The notes beneath the pieces are model-generated. The model was not told where the DNA came from. It did not search any database and was given only the letters and a program-made list of their open reading frames with translations. A stretch of 63,986 bases of DNA, the filler included, from Sphacelaria rigidula (lineage: Eukaryota), in the NCBI GenBank assembly GCA_964200075.2. It is 3 parts of 3 records of this genome, joined end to end, with 100 filler letters (N's around TTAATTAATTAA, not from the genome) between each part and the next. Parts side by side here need not be neighbours in the genome. Positions count along the whole stretch, not along the records: positions 21,389 to 42,649 come from CAXNAA020000444.1; positions 42,750 to 63,986 come from CAXNAA020000447.1; 1 more part is not named here. One strand, 5' to 3'. Numbering within the stretch: position 1 is the first letter of the stretch; each line of letters opens with the position of its first letter. Both the position numbers and the translations under genes were made by a program. Positions 38,460 to 51,900 of the stretch are shown here, one piece after another.

Positions 38460-39781
38460 CAGTGTTGAAAATCGAACGGAATAAAAAGTCCGATACGATT
38501 TTTCAAAATCTCGACGAAAAAACGTCGATATCGATTTTCTTGTCGATACTTGGAAAATGATGCAATGCGTATCGAGTACTGTATCGAGTGTCAATACGAT
38601 ACCGCTATTGGGGTAGGGACTCAGCTCGCAAGACCTGACGGTCCTACACTGTAACACTAGCAACCTAACCCGAAGTGGGTGCACGCCTTTTTGTTTGAAG
38701 GTACAGCAGCAGAAGTGTGTGATATGTTATTTGACACCATAGAAGCAGCGGCACGGCACGCGGCGTGATGCTTCTGTATAACAAAACTTGTTCGTCATCG
38801 TGCAAGAGGCAAGAGGCAAGAGAGGAAATTGATCACAACACCAGGTGTGATGTGTGATGCATAGCGTCTTGTTTAAGCCGGCGATATACGTTTTGCTGTC
38901 ACTATTCTGTTATGTTTCGATCGAATCAGAGCATTCACCTTGAATCTGCGCACTGCGCACTGGGAACACACTCCTCACTATTCAGTAACAAACGCGCCAA
39001 ACCTCCAACATGCACGATAAATGCAAACAAGGGCTCGCTTTTTCTGTTATACAGACTAAACAAGGGAAAACGTCGACAACATGCGTCCAACTTCTTCATT
39101 GGTGGATGCCCAACAAAGCATAAAATCCAGATCCCTAAACGTCAAAGCAACAGACTTGAAAACCTTACAGAAAACAAACAAATATGATGGAAAATGGAAT
39201 AGCTGTCTACCCTCACACGCGAAACACTCCCGCCGACATGAAACATCAGAAAGGGGGATAGGTCGTGGGGTAAGTCTGAAGGATTTGCTGCCTTCGCGGG
39301 TAATTTTACTTCCCCGTTCTCTTCACCCTTGGATGAGGGCACTGGGTCATCCGCTAGCGCACCAACAGCCGCTGTACCAGACACAGCTACAGACTGTCCG
39401 GCAGAGGCGTCCACCGCAGACTTTGCGGTATGGCCAGCGACAAAGCCGACAGTCTGAAGACTCATGTCGCAGACCGGTGTGGTTCGCAGCAAGTGGGTTC
39501 GCAGTGCGCAGATGATGATGTGTGTAGTTTGTGGGGGTGAGGGATGAGGGGTGTGTGGTGGGGTGGTGGGCGAAGGCACGCGAAAAAGGGGGGACGACGT
39601 GCTGCCTAACCCCTCCCCCCCCCCTCCCCAGTGAAAAAAACAAGAAAAATATCGACAGTATCGATATCCGATATCGATTTTGATACGTATCGACAAATAT
39701 CGGCTTGGAAATCAGCGATCTCGATACGTCGTATCGACGACATTTATCGTATCGATTGTCGATACCCGATTTTCAACACTG
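38460..39781. mobile_element. Non-autonomous hAT-like element
   Basis: Perfect 15-bp TIR CAGTGTTGAAAATCG / CGATTTTCAACACTG and 8-bp TSD CCCGACAG/CCCAACAG. Subterminal TATCGA/TCGATA repeats at both ends. Confidence 0.85.
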
Positions 39782-39979
39782 CCCAACAGTTCTGTAATCT
39801 GTGTGAGACTTTTGTACCCTTACCCGATAGTTCTGTAGTATCTGTGAGACTCCCGTATCATTACCGGGGGGCACGGGCACGCTCTTGATAAGATACCCGA
39901 TTACGGGTACGGCTTTCTATGCGACCTCTATACCCTACCCGACAGTTTCTGTGATTTCTTCAAGTCTCCCATACCCTTA

Positions 39980-41696
39980 CAAGCTGGTTCAGATTAAATA
40001 CCCAAAAATTATTCCCCGGCTGATGACGAACGCAATACCCAGCCAATATGAACAAATGTGATGTCATACTGACCGCAATGAACAGACAAAAAGGGTGACA
40101 TAGCCGGATTTTTGTTCAAGGCTACAGCGGTGGCGCTATGGACAAAAGTAAGTATCGACCAATCAGCGCCTGTCAAATTGTTCCGAAAATGAAAACACGA
40201 ATTCCAAGCCCAATTTCCACCGAATCTCCACATGGTTCACATCGTAGTAACCGTCATCAGCTTGGGAATCTAACGGGAGAACAAGATTTGAAAACGGTTC
40301 CAACGAGGTCGAATTTTGCCCGAAACCGTCATGTTTCGGTGATGTGGAGCTTTGGCGTCGTCTAATTTCTCCTTGAAATACGTACGGAAGACCACGGGAG
40401 CCTCCAGACGATTTCCCTTTCATCTGTTGGAGAAAAGCTCAGATCATCCTCAAACTTGGCAGTTCCGTAGGTATTGATGCTCCAAATGGAATAATTATAT
40501 TCTTGGCAAGATTTCGAAGTTTCTCCTTTCTCTACCGGCTTCCGGGGGTTCCAGCATAAAGACCCCAGGAAACCGGTACAGAATGCCCCAAAACCAAAAT
40601 TTTGACAAGTTAGGATTACGTGATATGCCACGGAACATGTGTACCAATTTTCGTTGCTCAACACGAAAAACTAAAACGGCTGGGTCTTTTACCGTGAAAG
40701 CAACCCCCCAAAAGGACGATTTTGTACTTCAATCAAGTAATTACAGACTTTTTTATACTTCAGCGCACGTTTTGGTATTTCCTCGCGCCGTTTTTTCGAG
40801 TTAGACCACGAAAATTTGTACACCTGTTCTGGAGGGCACTATCAAAAACTCGAAGACCGGGGTTCCTTAATTTTTTTAGTTGGTGGCTTTTTATTCAAGG
40901 TCGCGGTTGACCTACTTGACCGGGGGGGAGGTCAAATCCCGACTATCTCGACACAAAAAAACAAACAAATGGTTTTTAGATTCAAGTACGAGCTGGGCCA
41001 GCCAAGAGTAGGTGTGAATCTCGCTCAGGCAACGCACGGCGCAATATTAGGAGTTGGACGCTGAAATTTTGACAGCAGCTCTTCATGATCGACATACAGA
41101 GAATCACGTGACCAGCAAGTGAACAAAGAAAAAAGAAGTTACAGTATTGGGATTTGAAAATTCAGCAAAAACAAGATAATGTCAAAAGTACAGGAAAAAC
41201 AGGAGAATCTGAAGCTGGACTCGCAAAGTATCAGTCCCTTGGGTGCAGAAGGTCTTCCTGAAATTTCAGCTCAAGACTCGTCGAATTGGGCCGTGCGTTC
41301 AACATCTTCCGTGACGCTGCTACACCACTATAAATGAAGTAATGGTAGACTACTACTATGGAGGCCATGAGTTCGAATCCCGACAGATTCTCTTTTTCTC
41401 TTCGTCCGTCGTTAAGGTCATACATTATGCAGTACATTTGTTTCATTTTTCTTCTTCATTCAGCGGCGGTGCCGTGTGTCACCAGGTTGGTCTACACTTT
41501 ACAGTGAAATGCTTATATCGGGTTCATTCGGGAAACTGGGAAAGCTGTGGTGTGAGCAAGTTTTAGCAGCTTTCAAGCTGGCCCAGCTCGCAGTGCCCTC
41601 ATGAACACGTGTGCAAATTTTCGTGGTCTGACTCGAAAGAACGGCGTGAGGAAATCCCGGGGAACGAATTTTGGGTGTTCAATCTGAACCAGCTTG
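39980..41696. mobile_element. TA-flanked TIR element (Tc1/mariner-like, non-autonomous)
   Basis: CAAGCTGGTTCAGATT / AATCTGAACCAGCTTG with TA on both sides. Inverted similarity extends about 40 bp. Confidence 0.8.
40989..41590. mobile_element. Nested MITE (CGAGCTGGGCCAGC TIR family)
   Basis: CGAGCTGGGCCAGC / GCTGGCCCAGCTCG termini. The same terminus occurs at 22355 and 63920. Confidence 0.75.
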
Positions 41697-42649
41697 TACC
41701 CGGAGCGCGGGTATGCTCTTGAAAAAATACCCGATTGCCGGTACGGTTTTTCTGTAAGCCTCGCATACCCGATAAGTTTTGTGATTTCTGTAGACTTCCA
41801 TCCAGTACCGGTACCCGACAGTACTGTGACTTCTGTAGTATTTCCATACCAGTACCCGACAGTACTGTGGTCTCTGTAAGACTTTCATACCCTTACCCGA
41901 TAGTTGTGTAATCTCTGGAAGACTCCCGCAGCGTTACGGGGGGGGGGGCACGGGTGTGCTCTTGATCAGATACCCCGTTGCGGGTACGGTTTACTGTGTA
42001 ACCTCTGTACCCTACTCGACAGTTTCTGTGAGTTATGTAAGCCTCCCATACCCTTACCCGACAGTTCTGTGAGTAATGTACATAATGTTTACCCGCACCC
42101 GGAGCGCGGGTACGTTTATGAAGAAATACTTGATTGCCGGTGCGGTTTTCTGTAAGCTTCCATACCGTACCCGAAAACTTCTGTAATTTATGTAAGACTT
42201 TCATCCAGTACCGGTACCCGACAGTTCTGTGAGGCTTTCATACTCATACCCGATGTTTCTTCAACATCTGTAAGGAATATCATCCCCTACAGAACATACC
42301 CGTACCATACAGAACACAACATTGCAGTATTTCTTTAGCCTCTTTTCCCCACGGTCCCACTGTTACGGTTCAACATGTGAACGCTACTTTTTGTCACGTA
42401 TATTTTCAAGGGGGTCCAGTGAGACCTCCACAACACTCGCGGTTAAACAGGGGGAAATGGCTGTCCTCGGACAGCGTGTTGCCCAATAATACTGGAGTCC
42501 ACGCACTATGGCTGTCCCGATTGACAGACACATACATGCCATACACGACGCGCGAGTGAAAATGCTGAGCTTATGTCTCACCTGTCTTTCTTTTCCTGGT
42601 TCTTGTCCTTTATTATCTTCTCTCTTCCTTTCTTTCGGTGTACACTTCT

Positions 42650-42749
42650 NNNNNNNNNNNNNNNNNNNNNNNNNNNNNNNNNNNNNNNNNNNNTTAATTA
42701 ATTAANNNNNNNNNNNNNNNNNNNNNNNNNNNNNNNNNNNNNNNNNNNN
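42650..42749. other. Assembly gap linker
   Basis: 100 bp of N with a central TTAATTAATTAA, followed by a long G-rich run. Confidence 0.95.
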
Positions 42750-42794
42750 AAAACGAAAAAGCGAAGGAAGGGAGGGGGAGGGGGGAGGGGGGGT

Positions 42795-42827
<33 letters not shown>

Positions 42828-44508
42828 ACTCGGGGGAAAGTAAAAACAGTGTTGGTTGACAAACTCACGGAAGACAATTCTGAGGAGTTTGATGGCTTGG
42901 GCGACTTGACACACGTAATATGCACGAGTCAAACAGGTGCATACACATTCGACAGCCTGGATGATGACAAAATATGGCAGTATGTAAAAGTGTAGTGTGC
43001 ACAAGTATACAATCTATCATCTATTGCAGTATACAAAATGGTCGACCCTGCACTGTACGTGCTCAGCACACTTTCGGTAATGTGAAATTTTTGCAATTAT
43101 CCAGGGTGCGAAACATTCTTGCAACTGGCCGGTGAAGAAGGTTACCTCAACGACACTCATTCCGTCAAAGAGCATACAAGGAGGCTCATAAACGGGGTGG
43201 GATGTGATGTGGATACCACCATATGAAGGAGGTAAATTCCCGACGGATATCTATCAAGGAGCCCTCGCTTTTTCACAAGTGGTTTCGTTGATGAAAAATG
43301 ACCTTCATACCGAAGGTTCGCCGCTCAATGTCGTGCTTTTTCCAAGTCCAACACGGTGAAAAAAGAATGCAGAAAAAACACCCCACAAATGCGTAGTTCG
43401 AAAGGTACGCTCAGGAAGACATTAATGTCTTGGTCGGTAGCATTCCGTGGGCAAATTACTCGATTTCCAACAGTGTGCTGAATGCACTGCGTGAACCGGC
43501 ATCACGCACGGTTCAGAGGCCAGCTTCGCTGGTGCACACCAAAACACCGCTAAATGAACAAAAAATGTGTGGCCGCTCAGCAGGCGCACCTCTCGGGGTC
43601 GACACGTCGAGGCATGTGTGATGAGGCAGATGGATTCCCAAAATAAATCATTTGCTTGGCTGGAATAAATAAACTCTTGGCACCTCTCCCCCCTTGCAGC
43701 ACCAGTAAACCCAACGGCGAACAAGACACGAGGTGGTGCTTGATGGACGAGTCATGCAGCTATAAAATACAACACCAGCTCACACTCTGCTTTCGCAACA
43801 CACGTACCGCAACACGCGTTCAAGATTTCACAGCGTATCTCAACCCTAGCTGCACCCCCCCGCCCCCGCCCCTCCCCACCCCTTCTTCTCACTTTCCACA
43901 TCGCACAGGAACAGGTGGAGATTTTGTACAGTCAGGTCGTGGTAGCTCCCAATGAGGCGAATTCCTCCCACCTGAAAACTGGGTCGGTGCGCCAAGTCCC
44001 GCTAACCAACGAACACCATAAAATATTGCACAGGATACACACAAGGTACACGCGAGCCAAAAGCCTACCATACCGATGCAACGGATGATCGATCTTGCAC
44101 TCCAACCCTAGCAGAATGACTGCTCAGGCAGGCGAAGACCACCCGGAGAAAAACGCAAATAGAGTAACTGAACTTGCCACCTCAGCTAACCAATTTCAGG
44201 CAGGGGTTCCGCACTCCAATCGCCAGAGTGCCGCGCGGTCCGTAAGGCTTCCTCGTCCCGATGCTCAAAACGCGCTCCAGCTGACCCTGCAAAAGCTGCG
44301 TAAGGTCGACGCCCGCCCTCCGTGCCCTTCCTGTCCCTCATGCCCCCTCCCCCCTGAGGTGCGTATCACGGTCAGGTGCTCACACGACGAGCACCAATTC
44401 TGCTTCAAAGGCAACACGGATCAAGTGTTCTGGTGCTAACATCTCGGGGGTACCACGACAACCCGACCCAACCACCATCCCTCCTCGCTGCCTAGTAGAT
44501 AGATGGCC

Positions 44509-44979
44509 CTAGAATCCTTCCGGCAAGGGGACGTGCTTGAGCTTAAAGTACATGCCAATTTCCTTAACGTAGTGCAAGTCGCCGCGGTGCAAGTTAAACC
44601 AGTAGACGGCGTGCGTCTCAGGGTGCTCGAAGCCCACGGCCCTTTGCTTGTAGTGGGATGGCACTTCAAAGGGCATGGCCTTTGTGCCCGCACCCTTGGG
44701 CGGGTGGACCGGCTCCTTGTTGTACACCCACTTACCCTGCTCTTCCATTGCCTCCGCCCCTGTCGCATTCGTGTCTACCAACTCTTCCTTCATGTTTGCA
44801 TTCCACAGCTTACTAAAAAAAGTGGCCTTCGGTGTGTAGGTGAAGCCCAGTGCCCTGGGTGCCGCTGCGGAGGCAGAGGCCAAGGCCGAGCCCTGTCCGG
44901 TGGCGGTCGGTTGTTGCACCATAAGCTTAACTGCTGCTGCGCGTGCCGCACCCGCACGCCTAGCCGCGATGGACAGCAT
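44509..44979 (-). CDS. COX5B: Cytochrome c oxidase subunit 5b-like protein, mitochondrial
   Basis: Arg/Ala-rich N-terminal presequence. GTKAMPFEVPSHYKQRAVG...VYWFNLHRG...GMYFKL matches the COX5B pattern GT..P..V.S...R.VG...WF.L..G...G..FKL. Confidence 0.8.
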   Translation of the reverse strand: MLSIAARRAGAARAAAVKLMVQQPTATGQGSALASASAAAPRALGFTYTPKATFFSKLWNANMKEELVDTNATGAEAMEEQGKWVYNKEPVHPPKGAGTKAMPFEVPSHYKQRAVGFEHPETHAVYWFNLHRGDLHYVKEIGMYFKLKHVPLPEGF

Positions 44980-45776
44980 TGTCTTGACTATGCGTGCCAG
45001 AGTAGATTTTTAGATGCAATTGGTGAGGCACCGTGTAGTGCAGCGGCTCAGGTGCTTCGTTTGATCTCTGATGTGTGAAGAGCAATGTGAAAGGGGCTGA
45101 GGTTGATGCCACCGACGCTTAATTTTTCTGCAGTGGAAAGTCATCACCGAGCGTTACATCATCGGATCACAGTACAGAGTAGCAGTATCTTTACTCAGCA
45201 GGTGTTTTCTCACCATGTGGGTGTTGCTGCCGTGACATTCGTATTAATAGTGCATCCAAACCGCAGCAATTATTTCGCTGTAGGTGAATACGAGACATCA
45301 AAGCATCACCATACTGCGGGATCCTGGGAGTAGTACGTGTGTTGCCAACCCCAGCCACGTGAGGATAACAGATACCCCCTCTTGGTTTGTGAGCTCCGAT
45401 ATGAGATGATAGCTTACCATAGATCCTCCTGGTATCATCTCTCGGTGCAGTAGACGTTGGTGGTGCCCACGGTTAGTGGTAGCACAGATGACGGCTTGCC
45501 GCTGCCTACGATGAGCTCACTTCTCCGCGTGCATTCAATATTCCGCCCGATCACCGTGTACAGGTACGGCGAGGAAGCTATGCTGCCGAAAGAGTAGGAC
45601 TATTACTACTCCTGTCCTGGATCAAAACCTGGAAAACAGTCAACGTGACGGGCTTTCCGCGAGAGTGTTGATTGTCTGAATTTCAACTTTTCCCGCGGAC
45701 CCGTGAACTCTAAACCTACAACATTTACAGGATCGGTATTGTGAGCATTTCCCCTGGCGATGCATTCAGGGGTTTG

Positions 45777-47468
45777 ATGGAACGTACGCACTTGAGTGCC
45801 CGGGCTCGTAATTACGATAGCATCCCGAGGGCACCAGCCGTCGGGAGAGTAAGCGACGCTGCTACCGGCGCTGCGAACATTTCGCACAAGAGGGAAGTGG
45901 CCGACCCGTGGCAGGCAGGGAAAACGCGACACGTATATAATGAGCTAGCAAGACGCCGGACGGCGCACTACTCAGCTGCAGCAGCTGCAGCTGCTACCGC
46001 CGCAACAAGAAAGCTTGGTGCACATGCATCTTACGAGCGGCCACCGCCACCACCGCCGCCGCCACCGCCACCACCGCCGCCACCACCATCACCTCCCAAC
46101 TTTCGCGCGCCCTTACGCGTGGTAGAAACATGGCATGCCATTTTTTCAGAGCCTCACGGGAGGTACTACTTTTACAACCTTGTCAGCGGGAAGCGTACGT
46201 GGGAGCACCCAGACCCCGAGCGAAGTGAGGTTGTGCTGGATCCTCCACTAGCAGGAGGCAGTCGCCTTGTGCTAGCCAACCCCTTTTCCCGGGCGCAGGA
46301 CGGTGCAGTGAAGAGAACCAGCGACAGTGACATTTCGAATGGACCGAGCTCGGCACATCCTAGTCATGAAGCATGGGTGCGCAGTTATCGCGCAGGAGGT
46401 ATAGAAGGCAGGGTGGGTTTTTCACACCGATACGAGGATGATCGGGAACCGTGGAGTCCTCAAACAGGGGAACCCCGGCCCTTTCCAACATCCTCCCCTC
46501 CTGCTGTCATGACACGGTCCAGGTCGTCGATCGTGATATCCTCGAACGGCAAAGTCGGAGGTACAAAACAAATACCACAGGCTTCACGCGACAAACCAAA
46601 AGGGACACAAATTGTGCAAAACAGGGCTAGTAAAAGGACCCGGCAAGCGATTGAGTCTAGCAATGTGACTGCGAAGACGACTGGTCACCCTGACCGCTAC
46701 GTGATTTATCGTGGTCCAACTAATATCGAAGCACAGGGCGAGGCGATATTTTCCTCGCCAGGAGATAACACTGCTTCTGCTACAGTTGTCCACGGCGGAG
46801 ACAAACGCGCCAGCATCGACAGAAATGTGCCAACCGAGAAGAAAAGCGTTGCGCGTCGTGTGCGGACGACTCCAGGGGAGACATGTGCTGGAAGTGGTGT
46901 TAAGTTGAAACGGACGAGTTCCCATCGACCGATGTCTTCAGTGACCAGGGCGACGGAGACAAGCCGACGACGCAGCCGAAGCGAGGATAGTCTAGGTGCT
47001 AGTCGGTCATATATGGCGCGAGAAGTGGCGGGGTCAGTTGTTTCGTGCTCCTTATTGCAAGCTGAGCATTGGCTGACAAAAAATGACCCCGAGCGGTCTC
47101 AGTGTAAGGATCTGACTCGTGACAGTGTCGGCGGAAGGGCTCAACTTGAGATATCTGATGAAAGAATGGACTCATCCGTGCCCGCTGAAGGGAGTTGTCG
47201 CGATAAGGACGCGACCGTACAGTTCAGCCCGAAGCCAGATACCACAGAAAGGCCTTCGAGAATAGAGGCAATTGAATTGGCGGCGTATGAGGCTCGGCAC
47301 AGAGAAGATAAGGAGATGACAGGAAAGCCCACCATCACGCGGCTTGGTCGAAACAAGCAGCGGAGCCTAGATGACTTGTTTATGTACCGACGTAAAACGG
47401 ATGCGGCTCGTCGACAGAGGCAGTTTAACACAGAGATTTCAAAGACCAAGGAACTAACTGGGTGCCCG
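45777..47468 (+). CDS. Two-WW-domain protein, exon 1 of 4
   Basis: Long ORF with poly-Pro and WW domain WHAIFSEPHGRYYFYNLVSGKRTWEHP. Donor CCG|GTGAG. The start ATG is inferred. Confidence 0.8.
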
Positions 47469-47749
47469 GTGAGAAATTAATGCTTTGCTATGTTTGAACT
47501 ATTTTCATGCGCATACGGTCTCTGCTTCGGCGAAACTCGTCGTGCTTGCTTTCATCACCCTACTACATCGCGTAGCAAGTGGAAATACGACCGCAGAAGG
47601 TTTCTTTTCTTGTACTGTTTGAGTGCAGGTGTCTTTTGTCTTCCCCAGCTTTTACAGTTCTCGCAAATTATCCAGGGTGATGACTGTTGATTCCCCCCAC
47701 CCGCACACCGCACGCTCTAAGACCACCCGATCTTACCCAAATTTCGCAG

Positions 47750-48543
47750 AAGACCTGCCATAGGTCTAACGTACTAGTGGAGCGCATGCGCAGTTCGTCA
47801 GCCAGCTGCAGCACAAACAGTTCTATCAGCAGCAGTAACTACGGGACCCTCACAACGTCTGAACGCCTTTACGAAGCAGCCTTGGAGCAACAACGACGGC
47901 AGAGGATACGGGAGGCGGAGATTATCGCGGCCACCCGCCGCCGCGCGACTCCAAATCTCGCTGCAAACCATACCTCCAAGCTCCTTGTCCCATCCCACCG
48001 ACCGGGTAACATCGGAGAACGCCTGTACCAGCAAGCCGTGATGAGTAGAGAGCTTGCCATGGAGCGGGAGCACATCGCGCAAAGGTCACCTCGGGGTACC
48101 ACCTTCCACCCCGAAATTTCTCGGCGCAGCGCTTCTTTAGCTAGACGAAGGCGGCGAGAAAACTGTATGGACGGTGACAGCGATGAATCGTCGAGTGGTG
48201 GGGTAGTAGTGGTGGAGGAAGGTCTGCTTGCCGAAGGAAGAGCATACAGGCAGCGACGCGAGGAGCGCGAAATGCGCCAGGAGGAATTGGCTGTGTCGTT
48301 AGGGCGTGGATATAGGGCGAATTTGCATTCGGACAAGATACTGAGGGATGCCGATCAGAAAATAATGAGGGACACTCACGTGGCAGGTTTTGCCCCGGAG
48401 AAAAGGAGAGACGGACTGGAGAATAAGCGGACCGGGGATGCAGCGCACGATGCAAGTGGCTACGGAGACGATGGGTTCGAAGAGGCTACTTTCGTCCCTG
48501 AGTTCCAAGCAATGAAGACCTCCAAGAGACTTCTTGAGTCAAG
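47750..48543 (+). CDS. Two-WW-domain protein, exon 2 of 4
   Basis: CAG acceptor in phase 0. ERLY, TFHPEI and TFVPEF motifs. Donor AG|GTGAA. Confidence 0.8.
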
Positions 48544-48984
48544 GTGAACAAAGTGAACACCCAACACTAGTTGAATTCTGGAACAGCTTTGACACGAAAA
48601 TACAACACTCATCTTTCCATGGTTCCCCCCCTCCCGCCCCCTCCCAGGTTTTTGTTTCTTTTTCGCTTGCACTTTTTTGCGATAACCACGAAGGTGGTCG
48701 AGCTAGATCATGTTGTACAGGGTGGAGAACCTCAACTCCGTGCGAAGAGGATAATCATACTACTTAGTGATTCAATGGCGAAACATCCATGAGGCGGTGT
48801 GTAACGCGCGGCTGTCTCTGGAAGTTGTGATACCAGAAAATGAAGCAACTCACTGTAGGCTGCGATCCATATGCAAGATAACCAGTACGCTTTGGGTCGA
48901 AAAATCTAAGTAGGAAGCAGCTGATCCTCCATGCGCCTCGCCGAACACATCACGGTGCTCCGCGCTTGGTGATTGCTACATACT

Positions 48985-51900
48985 TGTGAGAGGTTTTATG
49001 TAGCTGTGGCGCGCAGTGCACCGTGTATATCGGAGCAAGATAATTGTTACGAGAAACCTTGATGGGTTGAGCAGACGGTCAATCAACATGCAGCACTGCA
49101 TCGCTGTGGGTTTACTATTACTCCAGAGGTCACCCGCTACAGTAGTTTGGTGCGCAGCTCTATCTGAACCTTTTCTCTGAACCTCAACCCTGAAATCCAA
49201 CTGTAGGACCTCCAATATGAAGCTACATGACCATTCTGGCTCGGCTGCATCACACTGGCTACAGTACTGTTTCCCGAACCGTTCCTGTCGGTACCTCGTA
49301 CTGAATCGTATTGGCTCCTGTTCCTGGACCGTTCCTGCCGATGCCTCGTACTGAACCGTACCGGCTCCTGCCAGGCTTGTTGACTGTGTGTGTGTATTAT
49401 TATCCCATCTATTCTGGACACCAGTCTACACCTCCCGGTATATGCGGGCGTATCAGCCGGGGTCACACAGGAGGAAGGCCAACACAGGATTTTATATTAT
49501 TTATTTTGTCTTAGTGCCCCACCTTCCTTCTGCGGTGCTTGCCTTTATTTTGTTCGTGAGAGAGTTTTAGCAGTCCCTTTCCCTCGTCGACCATGAAGTC
49601 GAATTCTGTGTACCCACGACATAGTCGCTCTCCGCTGTTGGGCACGGTGTGAGAAAAAATCTCAGATCGTGTGACTGCACCGAGATTCGAATCCACAACC
49701 CAACCGTCAGCGGGTTTCGAGGTTACCAACTAAGCCACCGGGGCGACCCCTGACTGCACGTCTGAGACTTTACGTATGGAATCTATGTCTAATACCCAAT
49801 CTGCACTCTCCCCGATGATCGTATAGCGGTACCACCAGAGAGCTGACACGATCACACCCAACGTGCTAGATACGAACTAAATTAACATTTCCCTCCAATG
49901 CCCATGAAACCGTGTGGTGGACCTGGACCCTCCAGGCTCTTTCCGACTTCCGCCGTCCTTTCCGTTTTGACGTCCTTTGTCAAGAATGACGATTTGAACA
50001 TTTGATGGCTTTTGTGCGGAGCTGCCCTTGCTTGGCATGCATCCCGCACCCTTGGGTGGTCCCTCCACCACCTCTGTCGTTTCCTTCGCCGCGGGCTGTT
50101 CCTTCGCTTATTTGTCAAGTGTAGAAGCGTCCACGCTCGGTGCGCATCTATCCTCGAGCTTCACCCCATCGTTATCACCGAGCGTCTCCGGTGCTTCGGT
50201 TTTTCGGTTCTGTCCACGGTTATCTCCGGTTAACAAGGCATGATCCTCGACTCCCACCTGCGGATCCTTTCCTGTCCGGGGTGTCTCTGCCTTAGGCATT
50301 CGGAACGCTCGTCTGCGCTTGGAGTCGCATTATGTACAGGCTTCGCCGGTGTCACCGGTGGTCTCCGCAGTTTGCCGGCCTCTCGACTCTAGGGTTGCTG
50401 CCCTTCTCTTAAATTTCGTCTTCCCTGGCCATGTTCCATCTATCAGCATCGGGCCCCACTAGGGCTTACTTCGCAGTCGACGGTTTCTGTGGTCCAGTGG
50501 CGATTCCGCCCCTGAGCATGCAGAACACGTCTTCATTTCAATTTGGTGGAAGGGCGACGAAGAAATTTCTGTGATCGGAACTACTGTCGTTAGAACTCCT
50601 AAAGCGCTGCTGTGTGTTACCCCCCCGATGCCGTTGCGCTAGTCGACTGGATCCGCGCAGTCCACTGTTCGGAGAAGCTTGCTTCGATGATGTCAGATCT
50701 TGTAGTGGCTGTCCACCCGGGCCGTGATCGCCGTCGATTTGTGCTGCTTTCTCTTCTTCCGACGGTTCATCCTCGTCGTCACTGCGTTCGACAGCCCTCA
50801 GCTCCCCCACGATCCCTCCGATCTTGGTCTCTAGTTCAAACGTGATATGTGAAGATTTCACGAGTTTGGACCCCTGCACTAGCCATGAATTCCACCAGAG
50901 GGAGAGGCGATCGTACCCCACCAAGATGCCCCGCTTGGCACATGGGAAGAACTTCGCAGCGGCACCGCCCTGCTGGTTGTGCAGGTGCACGAAACACGCG
51001 GATCCCCAAGTACGAAGCCGGTCGAAGTTGAAAGGCTTCTCTCTCAGTCTCTTTTTTGGGGTCTCGCGCCCGAGGTACTCGTGGGGCATCTCTGCGGTCT
51101 TGAATGCCGCGTCCGCTGCAGCGAAGAATCAGTAGTCCTCTCCGCGTTCCACGTTCACCAGTTGGCTGCATACTACCCTCATTAGTTGTTAAATTACACG
51201 TTCAACAATTTCATTACTTTGCGGTGTCTTGGCGGTGAGCAGCGCCCCTTGATGCCGCGATTGGCCAGCATGCGTTGAAATTTGACTGTGGCTATCCAAA
51301 GTTCCCCGGCGACGTCTTCGCTGATGTAATTGATGGCCACCCCCTCACAGGCCATTTCGTCCACGTAGGCTCCGGTGGCATCGGTGGTAGCATCTCGCGT
51401 CTTGAGTTCAACAACGTGTTTGTCTCGACTGACCTCGTCCACGAAAACCTGAAAGTATTTCATGCCCGTGACATCGGTGTGGAAAAGCCATTCAAGGTCG
51501 GTGTGCACGACTCCACGTGGTGCTTTTAGACTACTGCCGCCGCGGCCGTGGCCGAGCGCCTCGGACTTGCATTCCTTACAGACGCTGCAGCGCATCTCGG
51601 AGACCAGCGTAGTATCAGCTATATCGATCAGCCCATGCTTTTCGAGGTGTTTTATGGCAGCCGGATCGACGTGTACAAAGATGTCGTGCCACTGCCTCAA
51701 TGTGAGGCGCTGCGTTTTATTTGCGGATGAAACGTGCGCCAACGCCGGATGTTTACTATTCCCCTGCACGGATGCCGATACGATCAGAGAACATTTATTC
51801 TCGGCTACAGAGATCTTCGGCCGATCCTTTCTGAACCGAAGGTAGCTCTCCTTCCTGCCGGAGTCCACAATTTCTCCTCCGTCACGCCAAATCGTACAGG

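Larger units (their letters stand above)
38344..42324. mobile_element. TIR element with internal GTACCCGACAGTTCTGTGA-type repeats, host to nested insertions
   Basis: Ends CAAGGTTGTGTTCTGT / ACAGAACACAACATTG with CAGTATT on both flanks. Repeat-rich host segments lie at 38344-38459, 39782-39979 and 41697-42324. Confidence 0.75.

Noticed and set aside
42698..43004. Poly-proline ORFs
   Set aside because: Translation of a G-run beside an assembly gap.
44503..45078. 191-aa plus-strand ORF
   Set aside because: Antisense shadow of the COX5B-like gene.
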